From contig CAZBGZ010000002.1 of assembly GCA_964491925.1 (NCBI GenBank), positions 49,492 to 113,491 on the forward strand: 64,000 nt of DNA. The letters are read 5' to 3'. Origin of the DNA: an uncultured Candidatus Saccharibacteria bacterium (GTDB lineage: Bacteria; Patescibacteriota; Saccharimonadia; Saccharimonadales; JAGQNJ01). Numbering within the stretch: position 1 is the stretch's first letter; every line of letters starts with the position of its first letter. The notes beneath the pieces were generated by a model that was given only the letters and a program-made list of their open reading frames with translations, searched no databases and was not told the origin of the DNA. A program made the translations under genes and the position numbers. Shown in pieces: positions 8,721 through 17,938 of this stretch.

Positions 8721-9875
8721 GTGGGCAACCATAAAAACAGTATAGAGTTAAATGGCAAGGTATATGATGTTGCTACTGGCCGTCAAATCAAACCTACCAT
8801 AACCCCACCTCAGGTAAAAAATCTGACAAATCAAAAACCCGTACATGCTAACAAAAAAGGGACAGTAATAGATGGTTTTGTCAGAAAACCAGTTCCAAGA
8901 AAAAATAATACTCAGCAAAAAACCTCAAAAAAACATACAACAGTTAAAAGTGGTCAAATTCACACACCTTCACTTGCCAATAACGTAGGGCTACACCTCC
9001 AGAAATCTAGAACACTGATGCGCGAAGCGGTCAAAAAACCAAGTACAAAGAACCTTGAAAAAAATAGATTAATTGCAAAACACGAAAAAGAAAGACTACA
9101 GCGAGCCCAAAGAGTCAAAAAAAGTAATAAAATCAAACGATTCGTATCGCCACTGCATAGCAGCACGCGGAATATTACAGAAAAAGCCCAACACAATAGT
9201 ACGAAAAAAGATAAAGCTCTCGAAAACAGAAATGTGTATAAAAATGACTCTTACTTGGCTGCCATTTCGCCAATCAACCAAAAAGTAGCAAGTCCAGTCA
9301 AGCCGCACCCAAAAACAGAAGAGGTGATAGCAAATGCTATGCTGAACTCAAACAGTCACCAAGCTAAAAAGGATCGTCCAGTAAAACCAAAACACAGACT
9401 TGCTCGTAATCTAGGACTTAGCAGAAAAGCCACAAACGTGGCCCTAACTGCATTGACGATTATCATTTTGGGTGGTTTTGTTCTGTATCAAAATATTCCC
9501 AATCTGAGTATGCGGATAGCCTCAAGCCGCGCAGGCTTTAGCGCCAACATGCCCGCCTATAAACCATCCGGATTTACAATGTCAGGGCCGATAGAGTATG
9601 GGCCTGGGAAAGTAAAAATATCTTTTAGTTCAAATAGTGACCAGAGAAGTTTTAGCCTTACCCAACAAGTATCCAACTGGAATAGTTCAGCTCTGGTTGA
9701 TAATTATATGGTAGCCAGCAATAAGCAGTTCCAAACGTTAGATGATAACGGCAAGACTATTTATATATATGATTCGAGCAATGCAACGTGGGTTAGCGGG
9801 GGTGTTTGGTACCAAATCGAAGGCAACTCTAGCCTCAACAGTGACCAATTGTTAAAAATAGCCAACAGTATCTAG
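8721..9875 (+). CDS. hypothetical single-pass membrane protein (basic N-terminal half, extracytoplasmic C-terminal domain)
   Basis: 384 aa, GTG start; Lys/Arg-rich first 230 aa, one TM (ALTALTIIILGGFVLY), then a ~130-aa globular tail. Confidence 0.5.
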   Translation: MGNHKNSIELNGKVYDVATGRQIKPTITPPQVKNLTNQKPVHANKKGTVIDGFVRKPVPRKNNTQQKTSKKHTTVKSGQIHTPSLANNVGLHLQKSRTLMREAVKKPSTKNLEKNRLIAKHEKERLQRAQRVKKSNKIKRFVSPLHSSTRNITEKAQHNSTKKDKALENRNVYKNDSYLAAISPINQKVASPVKPHPKTEEVIANAMLNSNSHQAKKDRPVKPKHRLARNLGLSRKATNVALTALTIIILGGFVLYQNIPNLSMRIASSRAGFSANMPAYKPSGFTMSGPIEYGPGKVKISFSSNSDQRSFSLTQQVSNWNSSALVDNYMVASNKQFQTLDDNGKTIYIYDSSNATWVSGGVWYQIEGNSSLNSDQLLKIANSI

Positions 9876-9898
9876 AGAACTTTTCACAATACCCAATC

Positions 9899-9907
9899 TG
9901 TTACAAT
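9899..9907 (+). promoter_or_regulatory. extended -10 element, leaderless-type spacing
   Basis: TGTTACAAT; 7 nt to ATG at 9915. Confidence 0.5.
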
Positions 9908-9914
9908 ACTTGCT

Positions 9915-11351
9915 ATGAGCAGTCTAGATGTCAGAACGCGTTTTTGCCCAAGCCCTACCGGGTATATGCACGTTGGTGGGGTGCGAACAGCTTTATTCGC
10001 ATGGTTAGTGGCAAAACAGAACCAAGGTACTTTTATACTAAGGATAGAAGACACCGACAAAAATAGAGAAGTCGAAGGATCTGAAAAACATATTTTGGAA
10101 TCTTTGAAATGGCTTGGTATCACATGGGCGGAAGGTCCGGATGTTCACGGTGAATACGGGCCCTACCGGCAAAGCGAACGTCTAGCCATATATAAAAAAT
10201 GGGCAGATAGGCTAGTCGCTGAGGGCCGAGCATATGCTGATCCATACACAAACAAGCAAACTCAGAAGTTTCGAGAAGACGCACAGAAAGCCAGACAGCC
10301 ATTTCTGTTTCGTAACCATAGGCCATCGAACCCACCAACCTGGGATGGTTCTACGCCACTTCGTTTCAAGTCCGAACCCAAGCCCTATAAGTGGCATGAT
10401 GAAATCATGGGGAATCTAAGCACGGGTCCAGAGGTTGTTGATGACTTTATTCTTATTAAATCGGATGGTTACCCAACATACAATTTTGCTCACATAGTTG
10501 ATGACTGCGAGATGAAAATTTCCCACATTATTCGTGGGCAAGAATTCGTATCATCAATGCCAAACTACTTGAACTTGTACGAGGCACTTGGGCTAGAGCA
10601 TCCTATTTTTGCAACCGTCCCACATATCCTAGCCCCGTCGGGGAATAAAAAATTGGGCAAACGAGATGGGGCAAAAGATATTTTAGATTATCGAAATGAG
10701 GGTTATCTACCCGAGGCAATGGTTAATTTTTTGGCAACCCTAGGGTGGAATGATGGCACAGAAGATGAGATATTCTCAATTGATGATCTAGTTAAAAAAT
10801 TCTCATTAGACAGAGTACAAAAGAGTGGTGCCAGATTCGACGAACGACGATTACTTTGGCTAAATGGGTCTCACATTCGGAGACTGAAGATTGAGGATTT
10901 ATTTAAGTCCGTCGAAAATTATTGGCCAGAAACAGCAGCAAGCTACGACGATGGCTATAAAAAACAAATACTAGGCCTATTACAAGAAAGGCTAAAGTTT
11001 TTTGCAGAAATTCCGGATCTAACATGGTTCTTTTTCACTGACGATATACCCGTGCAGCCAGAATTAATCGACTCACATAAACAGTTAAAAAAACTGGATA
11101 AGGTCGCGTTAAAGACTTTGTTAAAAACAAGCATGTCGTCTCTAGAACAGAGTGATTTCAGTCACACAGACTTAACAAACAGGCTCAACAAACTGCTGGT
11201 GGAAACGGATCAGAAACCAGCGATATTATTCAGTCTTATACGCATCGCTATCACTCAGGCGCCTTCAAGCCCGGGATTGGCAGATACATTGGCAGTATTG
11301 GGTAGAGAACGAAGCCTAAAGCGCATTCAAACAGCTTATGATACACTGTAA
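9915..11351 (+). CDS. gltX: glutamate--tRNA ligase
   Basis: 478 aa; RFCPSPTGYMHVGGVRTALF (HIGH-type motif) and LGKRDG (KMSKS-like) region. Confidence 0.93.
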   Translation: MSSLDVRTRFCPSPTGYMHVGGVRTALFAWLVAKQNQGTFILRIEDTDKNREVEGSEKHILESLKWLGITWAEGPDVHGEYGPYRQSERLAIYKKWADRLVAEGRAYADPYTNKQTQKFREDAQKARQPFLFRNHRPSNPPTWDGSTPLRFKSEPKPYKWHDEIMGNLSTGPEVVDDFILIKSDGYPTYNFAHIVDDCEMKISHIIRGQEFVSSMPNYLNLYEALGLEHPIFATVPHILAPSGNKKLGKRDGAKDILDYRNEGYLPEAMVNFLATLGWNDGTEDEIFSIDDLVKKFSLDRVQKSGARFDERRLLWLNGSHIRRLKIEDLFKSVENYWPETAASYDDGYKKQILGLLQERLKFFAEIPDLTWFFFTDDIPVQPELIDSHKQLKKLDKVALKTLLKTSMSSLEQSDFSHTDLTNRLNKLLVETDQKPAILFSLIRIAITQAPSSPGLADTLAVLGRERSLKRIQTAYDTL

Positions 11352-11395
11352 ATAGAAAATCAGCGCTGGAATTCATAAATCCACCGCAAAAAACC

Positions 11396-12598
11396 ATGGA
11401 CCAGAAAAACAAAGAAGAAACACTAGATATGAAAGATGTAGACAGCAATAAGGCTTATGAAATTGCCGGACAAGTTGCTGCGAATGCATTCGCGACAGAT
11501 ACCGAGCCGCCCGATTTTGCCGCTATCGATCCTAATAAAAAACTCCCGCCTCATAAAAGATTAGCAGCCTGGCATAAGAACCTTGGCAAAAAACAAAAGA
11601 TTGCCTTGCTCTTAGTTGCGTTGTTGATAATCGGTGGCGGTTGCTTTTTGGCATATACACTTTTGAAGGACAATAGTACCCCTCTCAGCCAAACAGCCGT
11701 GGTCAAAAAACCAACCACAGTACCATCGCTACTGACAGGTTTGCCCGTAAAACCAGAAGTTAATGAAAAACAAGTCACCGCGGTGATGATAGAAAATAGC
11801 CCGGATGCTAGACCACAGTCGGGGCTACGCGATGCTGGCTTGGTCTATGAAGCGGTTGCCGAAGGTGGGATTACTAGGTTCTTGGTACTTTTTCAGGACA
11901 CAGATTCCGGTTACATTGGCCCCGTAAGAAGTGTACGCCCATATTACCTAGACTGGCTGGTGCCTTTTGACGCAGCCGTAGCCCACGTCGGCGGCAGCCC
12001 AACTGCATTAAAACAAATACGTGATCAAAATATAAAAGATCTAGACCAATTTTCTAATTCTCAGGCCTATCAACGGGTCACTAACAGATTCGCCCCACAC
12101 AACGTATACACTAGCACTAAAAACTTGAACAAAGTCGAATATCAAAAAGGCTATAAAAAAAGCCAATACATAGGGTTTGCTCACACTCCAAAAGAGCAAA
12201 AAGCTACAAAGGTAACAGCTAAAAATATAACCATGAATCTGTCTGGGCCACTTTTCAATGTCGGGTATAAATACGATGCCGCCTCAAATACCTACAAAAG
12301 AAGTGAAGGTGGGCAGCCTCACATCGACGAAAAAACTAAAAAACAATTATCTCCAAAAGTCGTAATCGCACTAGTGATGAATAGAACTCAGGATGGCGTA
12401 TATTCGGTATACAGGACAACCGGTGAGGGCAAAGCATTCATATTCCAGGGTGGGACCGTCATAAAAGGCAATTGGACAAAAAAAGATCGAAAAAAACAAT
12501 TCTCGTTTGTTGATGCCGACAACAAAGTCATAAAGCTAAGCCCGGGCAAAGCCTGGGTTACGATCGTTGAAAATGGCGCAGTAAAATATTCTCCTTAA
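11396..12598 (+). CDS. DUF3048-like membrane-anchored protein
   Basis: 400 aa; one TM, then AVMIENSPDARPQSGLRDAGLVYEAVAEGGITRFLVLF, which matches my memory of the DUF3048 core. Confidence 0.7.
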   Translation: MDQKNKEETLDMKDVDSNKAYEIAGQVAANAFATDTEPPDFAAIDPNKKLPPHKRLAAWHKNLGKKQKIALLLVALLIIGGGCFLAYTLLKDNSTPLSQTAVVKKPTTVPSLLTGLPVKPEVNEKQVTAVMIENSPDARPQSGLRDAGLVYEAVAEGGITRFLVLFQDTDSGYIGPVRSVRPYYLDWLVPFDAAVAHVGGSPTALKQIRDQNIKDLDQFSNSQAYQRVTNRFAPHNVYTSTKNLNKVEYQKGYKKSQYIGFAHTPKEQKATKVTAKNITMNLSGPLFNVGYKYDAASNTYKRSEGGQPHIDEKTKKQLSPKVVIALVMNRTQDGVYSVYRTTGEGKAFIFQGGTVIKGNWTKKDRKKQFSFVDADNKVIKLSPGKAWVTIVENGAVKYSP

Positions 12599-12637
12599 TC
12601 TTCTACGGTAGTTTATTTTTCAACAATAAAAGCACTA

Positions 12638-13894
12638 TTAAGCACTCTTTAGAAGTAATTCAAAATACTGGGTACCACCGAATGGAATTTTTTGTTTCAC
12701 TACGTTTTTGCTGTTCATGGTATTCGCCGAGCTAATAACAAAACTACCATAGCGCTCATTTATCTCGTCCACTGCCGTTGTTAGCCACTCTTCTTTGCTG
12801 ATGTCTTCGAAAATGCTCGTTTGGCTACGATTCGAGGGCGTCAACTGATAGCAAGTGATGCCCATGCTGGCCACTATCATGTGTTTTGGTCGCTGGTTGA
12901 ATAAATACAAAGCACGCTCATAAACACTTTTGTCAGTATAGAAAGGGACTTTGAACATTTTGCGTTTGTACCAGCCTTCGCCGTTAGCGAATGAAGCCCA
13001 GACCAAGACACCACGCGAATCAACATTGTTATATCGTAGTTTTCGCCCAGTTGTCTCGCACAAATACTGAAACCTAGATAATATTGTATCTTCGTCCATT
13101 GTACGCACATCCAGCACGTACTGTCGCCCAACGTTGCCCAGTTTTGTTTTGTAATCATCGACCTCATAACCGCGCAAACGTTGATACCAGTCTTCTCCCA
13201 CAACAGATCTAAAAACTGCTTTTCTAAGAGTGTCAGAAGATGCGTCCAGAAACTGTAATGGCGTATTTATACCCTGAGCATTGAGCCTAGCCTCATAGTG
13301 TTCAGCAATCCCTGGCAAATCTGTCAATTTCAGTCGAGCATAAATCTGTCGCAGGTTTTTATGAGTAATGACGTCCAAACCATCTGGTTTGTGCAAACCC
13401 GCCGCTAACTTTGCCAAAAATCGGTTAGGGGCTATGCCGACATTAATCCGCATCCAGTCACCAATTTCATCTCTAACCCGTCTTTTTATTTCGTGACCGA
13501 TAACGCTCAATGGCCGGGTATTTATAGACCGTCTTGTGTCATGAAAATCAATGATTCCTTCGTCTATACTCTTCATCTTGACGTCGGGCGAGTAGCTTTT
13601 CATAATGTGTGCTAATTTTTGATAAACATAATGGTACTTTGGCGGGTCGGTCTCTAGCATAACTAAATTGGGGGCCAGTAACTTAGCTTCGTCAAAGCGC
13701 ATACCTACTTTTATGCCTTTGGCTTTGCCTTCGTACGAGCAGGCGATAACACAGGCGCCCTTAGACAGCCTGTTCGTCACAGCGACGGGTCGACCACGCA
13801 AGGACGGGTGCGCCTGCTGCTCGGTTGTAGCAAAAGCACTGTTCAAATCAACGTGCATAATGTTAGGTTGTTCACTATTCAGGGGTAGCTGCAT
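12638..13894 (-). CDS. dinB: Y-family DNA polymerase (DinB/Pol IV-like)
   Basis: IMHVDLNSAFATTEQ...LRGRPVAV N-terminal Y-family signature. Start moved to ATG 13894 (MQLPL), which is preceded by GGAGGG 6 nt upstream. The track start is 13915. Confidence 0.88.
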   Translation of the reverse strand: MQLPLNSEQPNIMHVDLNSAFATTEQQAHPSLRGRPVAVTNRLSKGACVIACSYEGKAKGIKVGMRFDEAKLLAPNLVMLETDPPKYHYVYQKLAHIMKSYSPDVKMKSIDEGIIDFHDTRRSINTRPLSVIGHEIKRRVRDEIGDWMRINVGIAPNRFLAKLAAGLHKPDGLDVITHKNLRQIYARLKLTDLPGIAEHYEARLNAQGINTPLQFLDASSDTLRKAVFRSVVGEDWYQRLRGYEVDDYKTKLGNVGRQYVLDVRTMDEDTILSRFQYLCETTGRKLRYNNVDSRGVLVWASFANGEGWYKRKMFKVPFYTDKSVYERALYLFNQRPKHMIVASMGITCYQLTPSNRSQTSIFEDISKEEWLTTAVDEINERYGSFVISSANTMNSKNVVKQKIPFGGTQYFELLLKSA

Positions 13895-14159
13895 GCGAGC
13901 CCTCCAATATAGCAACCAGAGTCCATATCAAGCCTTCTGCATCGAACTCTAAACGATAATCATTTGTGCCGTCACTCATATCAAAGACATGTATCATTCG
14001 CCGGCCCTTGGTAGTGGGGTGGCGCAGTGCTAGCTTTGTGAATGATATTTCTTGATTTTTATATTTCATTCGCACGGGCAGGCAATTAGGCCCGTATTTG
14101 CCCTCGCCATAGCTAGCAATTACTTTGACGCGCTCACTCACACGTATAGTCGGATCCAT
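13875..14159 (-). CDS. small conserved-looking protein translationally coupled to the Y-family polymerase
   Basis: 94 aa from ATG 14159 (GGAG 9 nt upstream). Its TAG stop lies 20 nt inside the polymerase ORF. The C-terminal DGTNDYRLEFDAEGLIWTLVAI beta-hairpin-like pattern recalls a DUF6504-type family, from memory only. Confidence 0.55.
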   Translation of the reverse strand: MDPTIRVSERVKVIASYGEGKYGPNCLPVRMKYKNQEISFTKLALRHPTTKGRRMIHVFDMSDGTNDYRLEFDAEGLIWTLVAILEGSHAATPE

Positions 14160-14383
14160 ATTCAAAAACTCCAAATTAATAAAATAAGAGAACGAACGGT
14201 GGTTGTATAAAGCAATCCCTTAAAAAAATTCGCCGTTCACGATTAGTTTTTTCTGCTAGGGGAGCCTAGTGTTTGAATATAGAATCAGCAGGGACCGAAG
14301 TAATGCTGTCCAAGGTTTAAAAGCTCGCGAGCTATGGAATTAACTCATGCCCTCGTCGCTATCATGTATTATACACTAGCTAA

Positions 14384-14650
14384 TCAAGCCTCGGGTTCTG
14401 GTACGGGTAGGCCATGGATAGCGTCCAAGGGTATACCAAGTCCTCCTAGATAAGCTCTGACTTCATCAGGAGAAAATGGAGAAATTAGCTCAGGATCAAC
14501 ATCTGCTCTAAAGGTATGTACTTCTTTCCCCGGCACCAATGACACCGTTACGGCGTCAGGTATTCCTGCATTCGCTTCAATTTGCATTTCGTCCCGCATT
14601 TGTCTACAAGCCTGTCCTACGGCTGGGTGAACTTTATTTTTTACGCTCAT
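14384..14650 (-). CDS. hypothetical protein
   Basis: 88-aa ORF with a canonical promoter immediately upstream. Confidence 0.5.
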   Translation of the reverse strand: MSVKNKVHPAVGQACRQMRDEMQIEANAGIPDAVTVSLVPGKEVHTFRADVDPELISPFSPDEVRAYLGGLGIPLDAIHGLPVPEPEA

Positions 14651-14661
14651 GAATATGCAAA

Positions 14662-14690
14662 AATATAGCCCCTATAAAGAAAAAATGCAA
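14662..14690 (-). promoter_or_regulatory. sigma70-type promoter TTGCAT-17-TATATT
   Basis: Minus strand -35 TTGCAT (14690-14685), 17-nt spacer, -10 TATATT (14667-14662), 11 nt to ATG 14650. Confidence 0.45.
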
Positions 14691-14726
14691 GCATGAGCTT
14701 TAACGATCAGCCACGCTGTTAATTGT

Positions 14727-15533
14727 TTAGGAAGCTTGTCTATCGAGTTGAGCGTTGTATTCTTGCAGTGAGCTAGAGAACCCTTGCGAATAACCCGCCT
14801 GGACTAAGTCGTCTACAACCCCAGAAACATTACCGTTGCCAACCCGAAAGCCCATACCAACAGCACCGGCGTTCACAAAGTCTACGATACTTCTATCGTC
14901 GTAGTTGTCAGGATAGTCCTCGGGCTGTGGGTAGTCCTGCGGATCGCGCATTACTACAAAAGGGGAAGTATCACTTGCTTGCATAATCGTTACAGTCTCC
15001 CCCTGAGTTAGCGCTAGATCCCGCGCACCAGATTTCGTAAAAGCTGACATGTTATCTGGGTCCAACGTTGCATTATTAGGCTCATTTGTCAGCTCTATCC
15101 ATGATAGAGACTTTGGCCCACTATCTTTATCGGTGTCTGTATCCCAGTAGCCAGCCCATGTTCGACCTTCTTCATCGTGCAGTAAATAAGGCCGTACTAT
15201 TAATAGCTGCTGGTCATCAGGTATATTTTGAGCACGGTTAGTGTTTTCACTTTGGCCCTGTACTCTCACTGGCGTTTTTCTTGGGTTAACCATATCACCA
15301 GCTTTTAGAACACCAGGGAAAACCTCCAAACGACCACCGTTTTTTAACTTGTCCACAAATGCATCTTCACGTTTTTCACCTTCTTGGCGTGCATCATCAT
15401 TGGGGTTGCCACATGCGGCCAGAACACCAGAGCCAACAGCAACAATGACGCCCGAAGCTACTAGACCTTTTAGTAATCTTCTCCTAGTTGGGTCAACTGA
15501 CTCTGGTTGTTCTGTTCGATTAAATCTATTCAT
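14727..15533 (-). CDS. putative exported lipoprotein with twin-arginine-like signal
   Basis: 268 aa; N-terminus DPTRRRLLKGLVASGVIVAVGSGVLAAC has an RR motif, a hydrophobic core and a lipobox-like LAAC. Confidence 0.6.
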   Translation of the reverse strand: MNRFNRTEQPESVDPTRRRLLKGLVASGVIVAVGSGVLAACGNPNDDARQEGEKREDAFVDKLKNGGRLEVFPGVLKAGDMVNPRKTPVRVQGQSENTNRAQNIPDDQQLLIVRPYLLHDEEGRTWAGYWDTDTDKDSGPKSLSWIELTNEPNNATLDPDNMSAFTKSGARDLALTQGETVTIMQASDTSPFVVMRDPQDYPQPEDYPDNYDDRSIVDFVNAGAVGMGFRVGNGNVSGVVDDLVQAGYSQGFSSSLQEYNAQLDRQAS

Positions 15534-15656
15534 TATGATCTAATTTATTCTAATCCAGAATATTATACAGTTTTATACAAATATGTCAATACCGTGCAAT
15601 CGTATCAACATCTACGTGTTGAAAAATCACCGTAATTCCTGAACAAACAAGATTTC

Positions 15657-16313
15657 CTACATCGGGTATTCATTTTTAACGATAATTTCCATTTCTTGGG
15701 CCATAAAAGGGGCCAGGTTAATTAGCTGCAACGAGTTAATTGTTGCGCCCTTTAGCCCAGATATGCCTTTAAATATGCCCAGTTCAGAACTGGTGAAATC
15801 CACATCCTTCATTTTAACGCTCGAGACTTCTATTTTGACTATGGTGCAATTATCGAACTCCACATTCTTTAGCTGAGCACAATAAAAATCAGTGTCATCA
15901 AGTAAGCAATCTCTGAAAATAACGTTCTCTAACTTGCTGTATCGAAAATTAACCAAATCCAGTTTGCACTCCTGGAAAACAACGTCTTTCAGACTACTCT
16001 TGTATAGCTGCGCGCCGCTACAACGTGATCTAGATATAAGAGCGCTTCTCCATCCAGATTCTGCAAAGTTTGACCCTGCTAGTTCGCAACCAGATATAAC
16101 TACATCTTTGGCGGTGAATCTATCTAGTTCAGACTCTGATAAATCTACTTTCTCAAGTTTCGAACGCGAAATGCTAGCAGCCTTGACTTTGATAGCACAA
16201 AGGTTTTGCCGGGCAACGCTAACCTCTATCAACGCCTCATCCCTAATCAAAGTCTTTTTGGCATCTAGATCATCTTCGATCTCGTCACCGAGGTTTGGAG
16301 CATTAACCTTCAT
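15657..16313 (-). CDS. pentapeptide-repeat protein
   Basis: 218 aa; tandem A(D/N)LXX-type repeats visible, e.g. LEKVDLSESELDRFTAKDVVISGCELAGSNFAESGW...LKNVEFDNCTIVKIEVSSVKMKDVDFTSSEL. Confidence 0.85.
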   Translation of the reverse strand: MKVNAPNLGDEIEDDLDAKKTLIRDEALIEVSVARQNLCAIKVKAASISRSKLEKVDLSESELDRFTAKDVVISGCELAGSNFAESGWRSALISRSRCSGAQLYKSSLKDVVFQECKLDLVNFRYSKLENVIFRDCLLDDTDFYCAQLKNVEFDNCTIVKIEVSSVKMKDVDFTSSELGIFKGISGLKGATINSLQLINLAPFMAQEMEIIVKNEYPM

Positions 16314-16331
16314 AAACCAATAATACCAAAT

Positions 16332-17084
16332 CTAAAGTTCAAAAAATTCAACAACTGATCGAAATGCTTTTTCTCGTTCTGGCCTTAGATCGTGGTCTGA
16401 GCTTTCGAGAATTATCGGTCCAATAGGGTTTTCGGCTGCATCGAACAATGGCTGCATATTTTTAATTGGAACAATTTCATCTAGTTTTCCATGAATGAAT
16501 AAAATAGGGCAGTCAAAGTTTTTGATAAGATCAGCGATATCATACGTCTTTATATCTTTCCAAAACTGCGGCCCTATCTTACCAGCCCTTGGACTGGTCG
16601 AATCCCGAGTGGATACACCGTTTTCATTAAAATCAGGGAACAATCGGCTTAAAACATTGAATGCATTGGCAAATGAACCACTCATTACAATACGCTTCAC
16701 GCCTAAAATCTGTGCTGCTATAACCACATTCGAACCATACGAGTGGCTTACCAAACTAAGGTTTTTCTCGTCGATGTAGTCATATGCTGACACCATCTGG
16801 ACCACAGATTTTAGATCGCTAATAAGTTTCGTCAGTGTTGTCTGACTATAATCGCCCTCACTTTCGCCACAACCAGAAAAATCAAAGTAGTAGACGGCCC
16901 ACCCAATACTCGATAACCGCTGAGCAATTTCTGTAAATATTCCGTCTTCCTCTTTAAAATATCCGTAACCATGGCACAAAATAACTACTGGGAATTTCTG
17001 ATTTTTTGGAATTGTTGGCAAGACTTCAACACAAATAAGATTCTCATTTGAATCATTAAGTACCCCAAACTTGCGAGTTTTCAT
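16332..17084 (-). CDS. alpha/beta-fold hydrolase
   Basis: 250 aa; VVILCHGYG oxyanion region, SHSYG nucleophile elbow (GxSxG-like), C-terminal D...H. Confidence 0.8.
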   Translation of the reverse strand: MKTRKFGVLNDSNENLICVEVLPTIPKNQKFPVVILCHGYGYFKEEDGIFTEIAQRLSSIGWAVYYFDFSGCGESEGDYSQTTLTKLISDLKSVVQMVSAYDYIDEKNLSLVSHSYGSNVVIAAQILGVKRIVMSGSFANAFNVLSRLFPDFNENGVSTRDSTSPRAGKIGPQFWKDIKTYDIADLIKNFDCPILFIHGKLDEIVPIKNMQPLFDAAENPIGPIILESSDHDLRPEREKAFRSVVEFFEL

Positions 17085-17088
17085 GGCT

Positions 17089-17859
17089 TCATTCTAACAG
17101 AGAATTATTGTCGCATAGTCTGTGCCCTGAGAAGAAGCCAGACCAGTCAGATTCAGTTTGGCCGTTTAGAACCAGGCATAAATCAAGTTCCATATCAGTA
17201 GTGATATAAACCCATACGTTTTTCAGCTCTTCGTCCACAATTCCTTCAGGGAAAAGCATTTTCAAGTTATTAAAGGCGATGGTAGTAATGCAATCAATCT
17301 GCACAAGTGGTGTAGAGCACTTTTCGAACGAAACAAGTTCTAATTTCGGACGCCGAGTGATATCCAGATCAATGCTGTCTGAATGAATCTCTTGATCTGT
17401 TGCAGGCAATATAAAATCCCAATCTTGGCCAGTAGGGAATCTGAAATAAGCCGACACGTCTGGCAGCTTAGCTCGGAGTTTTTTAAGGTCAGGCGACAAG
17501 CCCTGAAACCACGGAAAGTTGACGCCCAAATGATCGATGGTCGCTATTTTGCCAGCCGAAGCAATGCGTTTAGCAATTATTGCAAGGGGAAGATGCTGAT
17601 AATTGTGGGGGCTTTTTTTGGTTTCTCCGGTCTGGTTTGAAATAGGTCGAGAAACTAATAGCTCTCCATCAAAGAACTCGATCGTTGGTTTTTTGCCCCG
17701 ATCAAGCGCTAATTCTAGTTTTGGAAATAAATTTTCTCGACTTGCTTTAACGGCGAACACCGAATCATTGATTTTGCCACATTCAGATAATAAAGCTGTT
17801 AGCTCATCAAATAAACTTTTGTTAAAAGGCAAATTAATCAGTACTTTTTGCAGATGCAT
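17089..17859 (-). CDS. hypothetical protein (weak VOC/glyoxalase-like IDHLGVNF motif)
   Basis: 256 aa; first gene of a three-gene operon with 4-nt and 18-nt gaps. Confidence 0.5.
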   Translation of the reverse strand: MHLQKVLINLPFNKSLFDELTALLSECGKINDSVFAVKASRENLFPKLELALDRGKKPTIEFFDGELLVSRPISNQTGETKKSPHNYQHLPLAIIAKRIASAGKIATIDHLGVNFPWFQGLSPDLKKLRAKLPDVSAYFRFPTGQDWDFILPATDQEIHSDSIDLDITRRPKLELVSFEKCSTPLVQIDCITTIAFNNLKMLFPEGIVDEELKNVWVYITTDMELDLCLVLNGQTESDWSGFFSGHRLCDNNSLLE

Positions 17860-17866
17860 ATAAATA

Positions 17867-17875
17867 ACTATACCA
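17867..17875 (-). promoter_or_regulatory. extended -10 element, leaderless-type spacing
   Basis: Minus strand TGGTATAGT; 7 nt to ATG at 17859. Confidence 0.45.
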
Positions 17876-17938
17876 GTGTTGGTTTACCATAAGCTTGTCA
17901 AATGGTTACTCTAAAAGACAAAACTTGAAGCTTGCCAG

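Noticed and set aside
14322-14333. Perfect palindrome AGCTCGCGAGCT followed by TTTT on the minus strand, downstream of the 88-aa ORF, as a terminator
   Set aside because: The usable stem is only about 4 bp once a loop is allowed. That is too weak to call.
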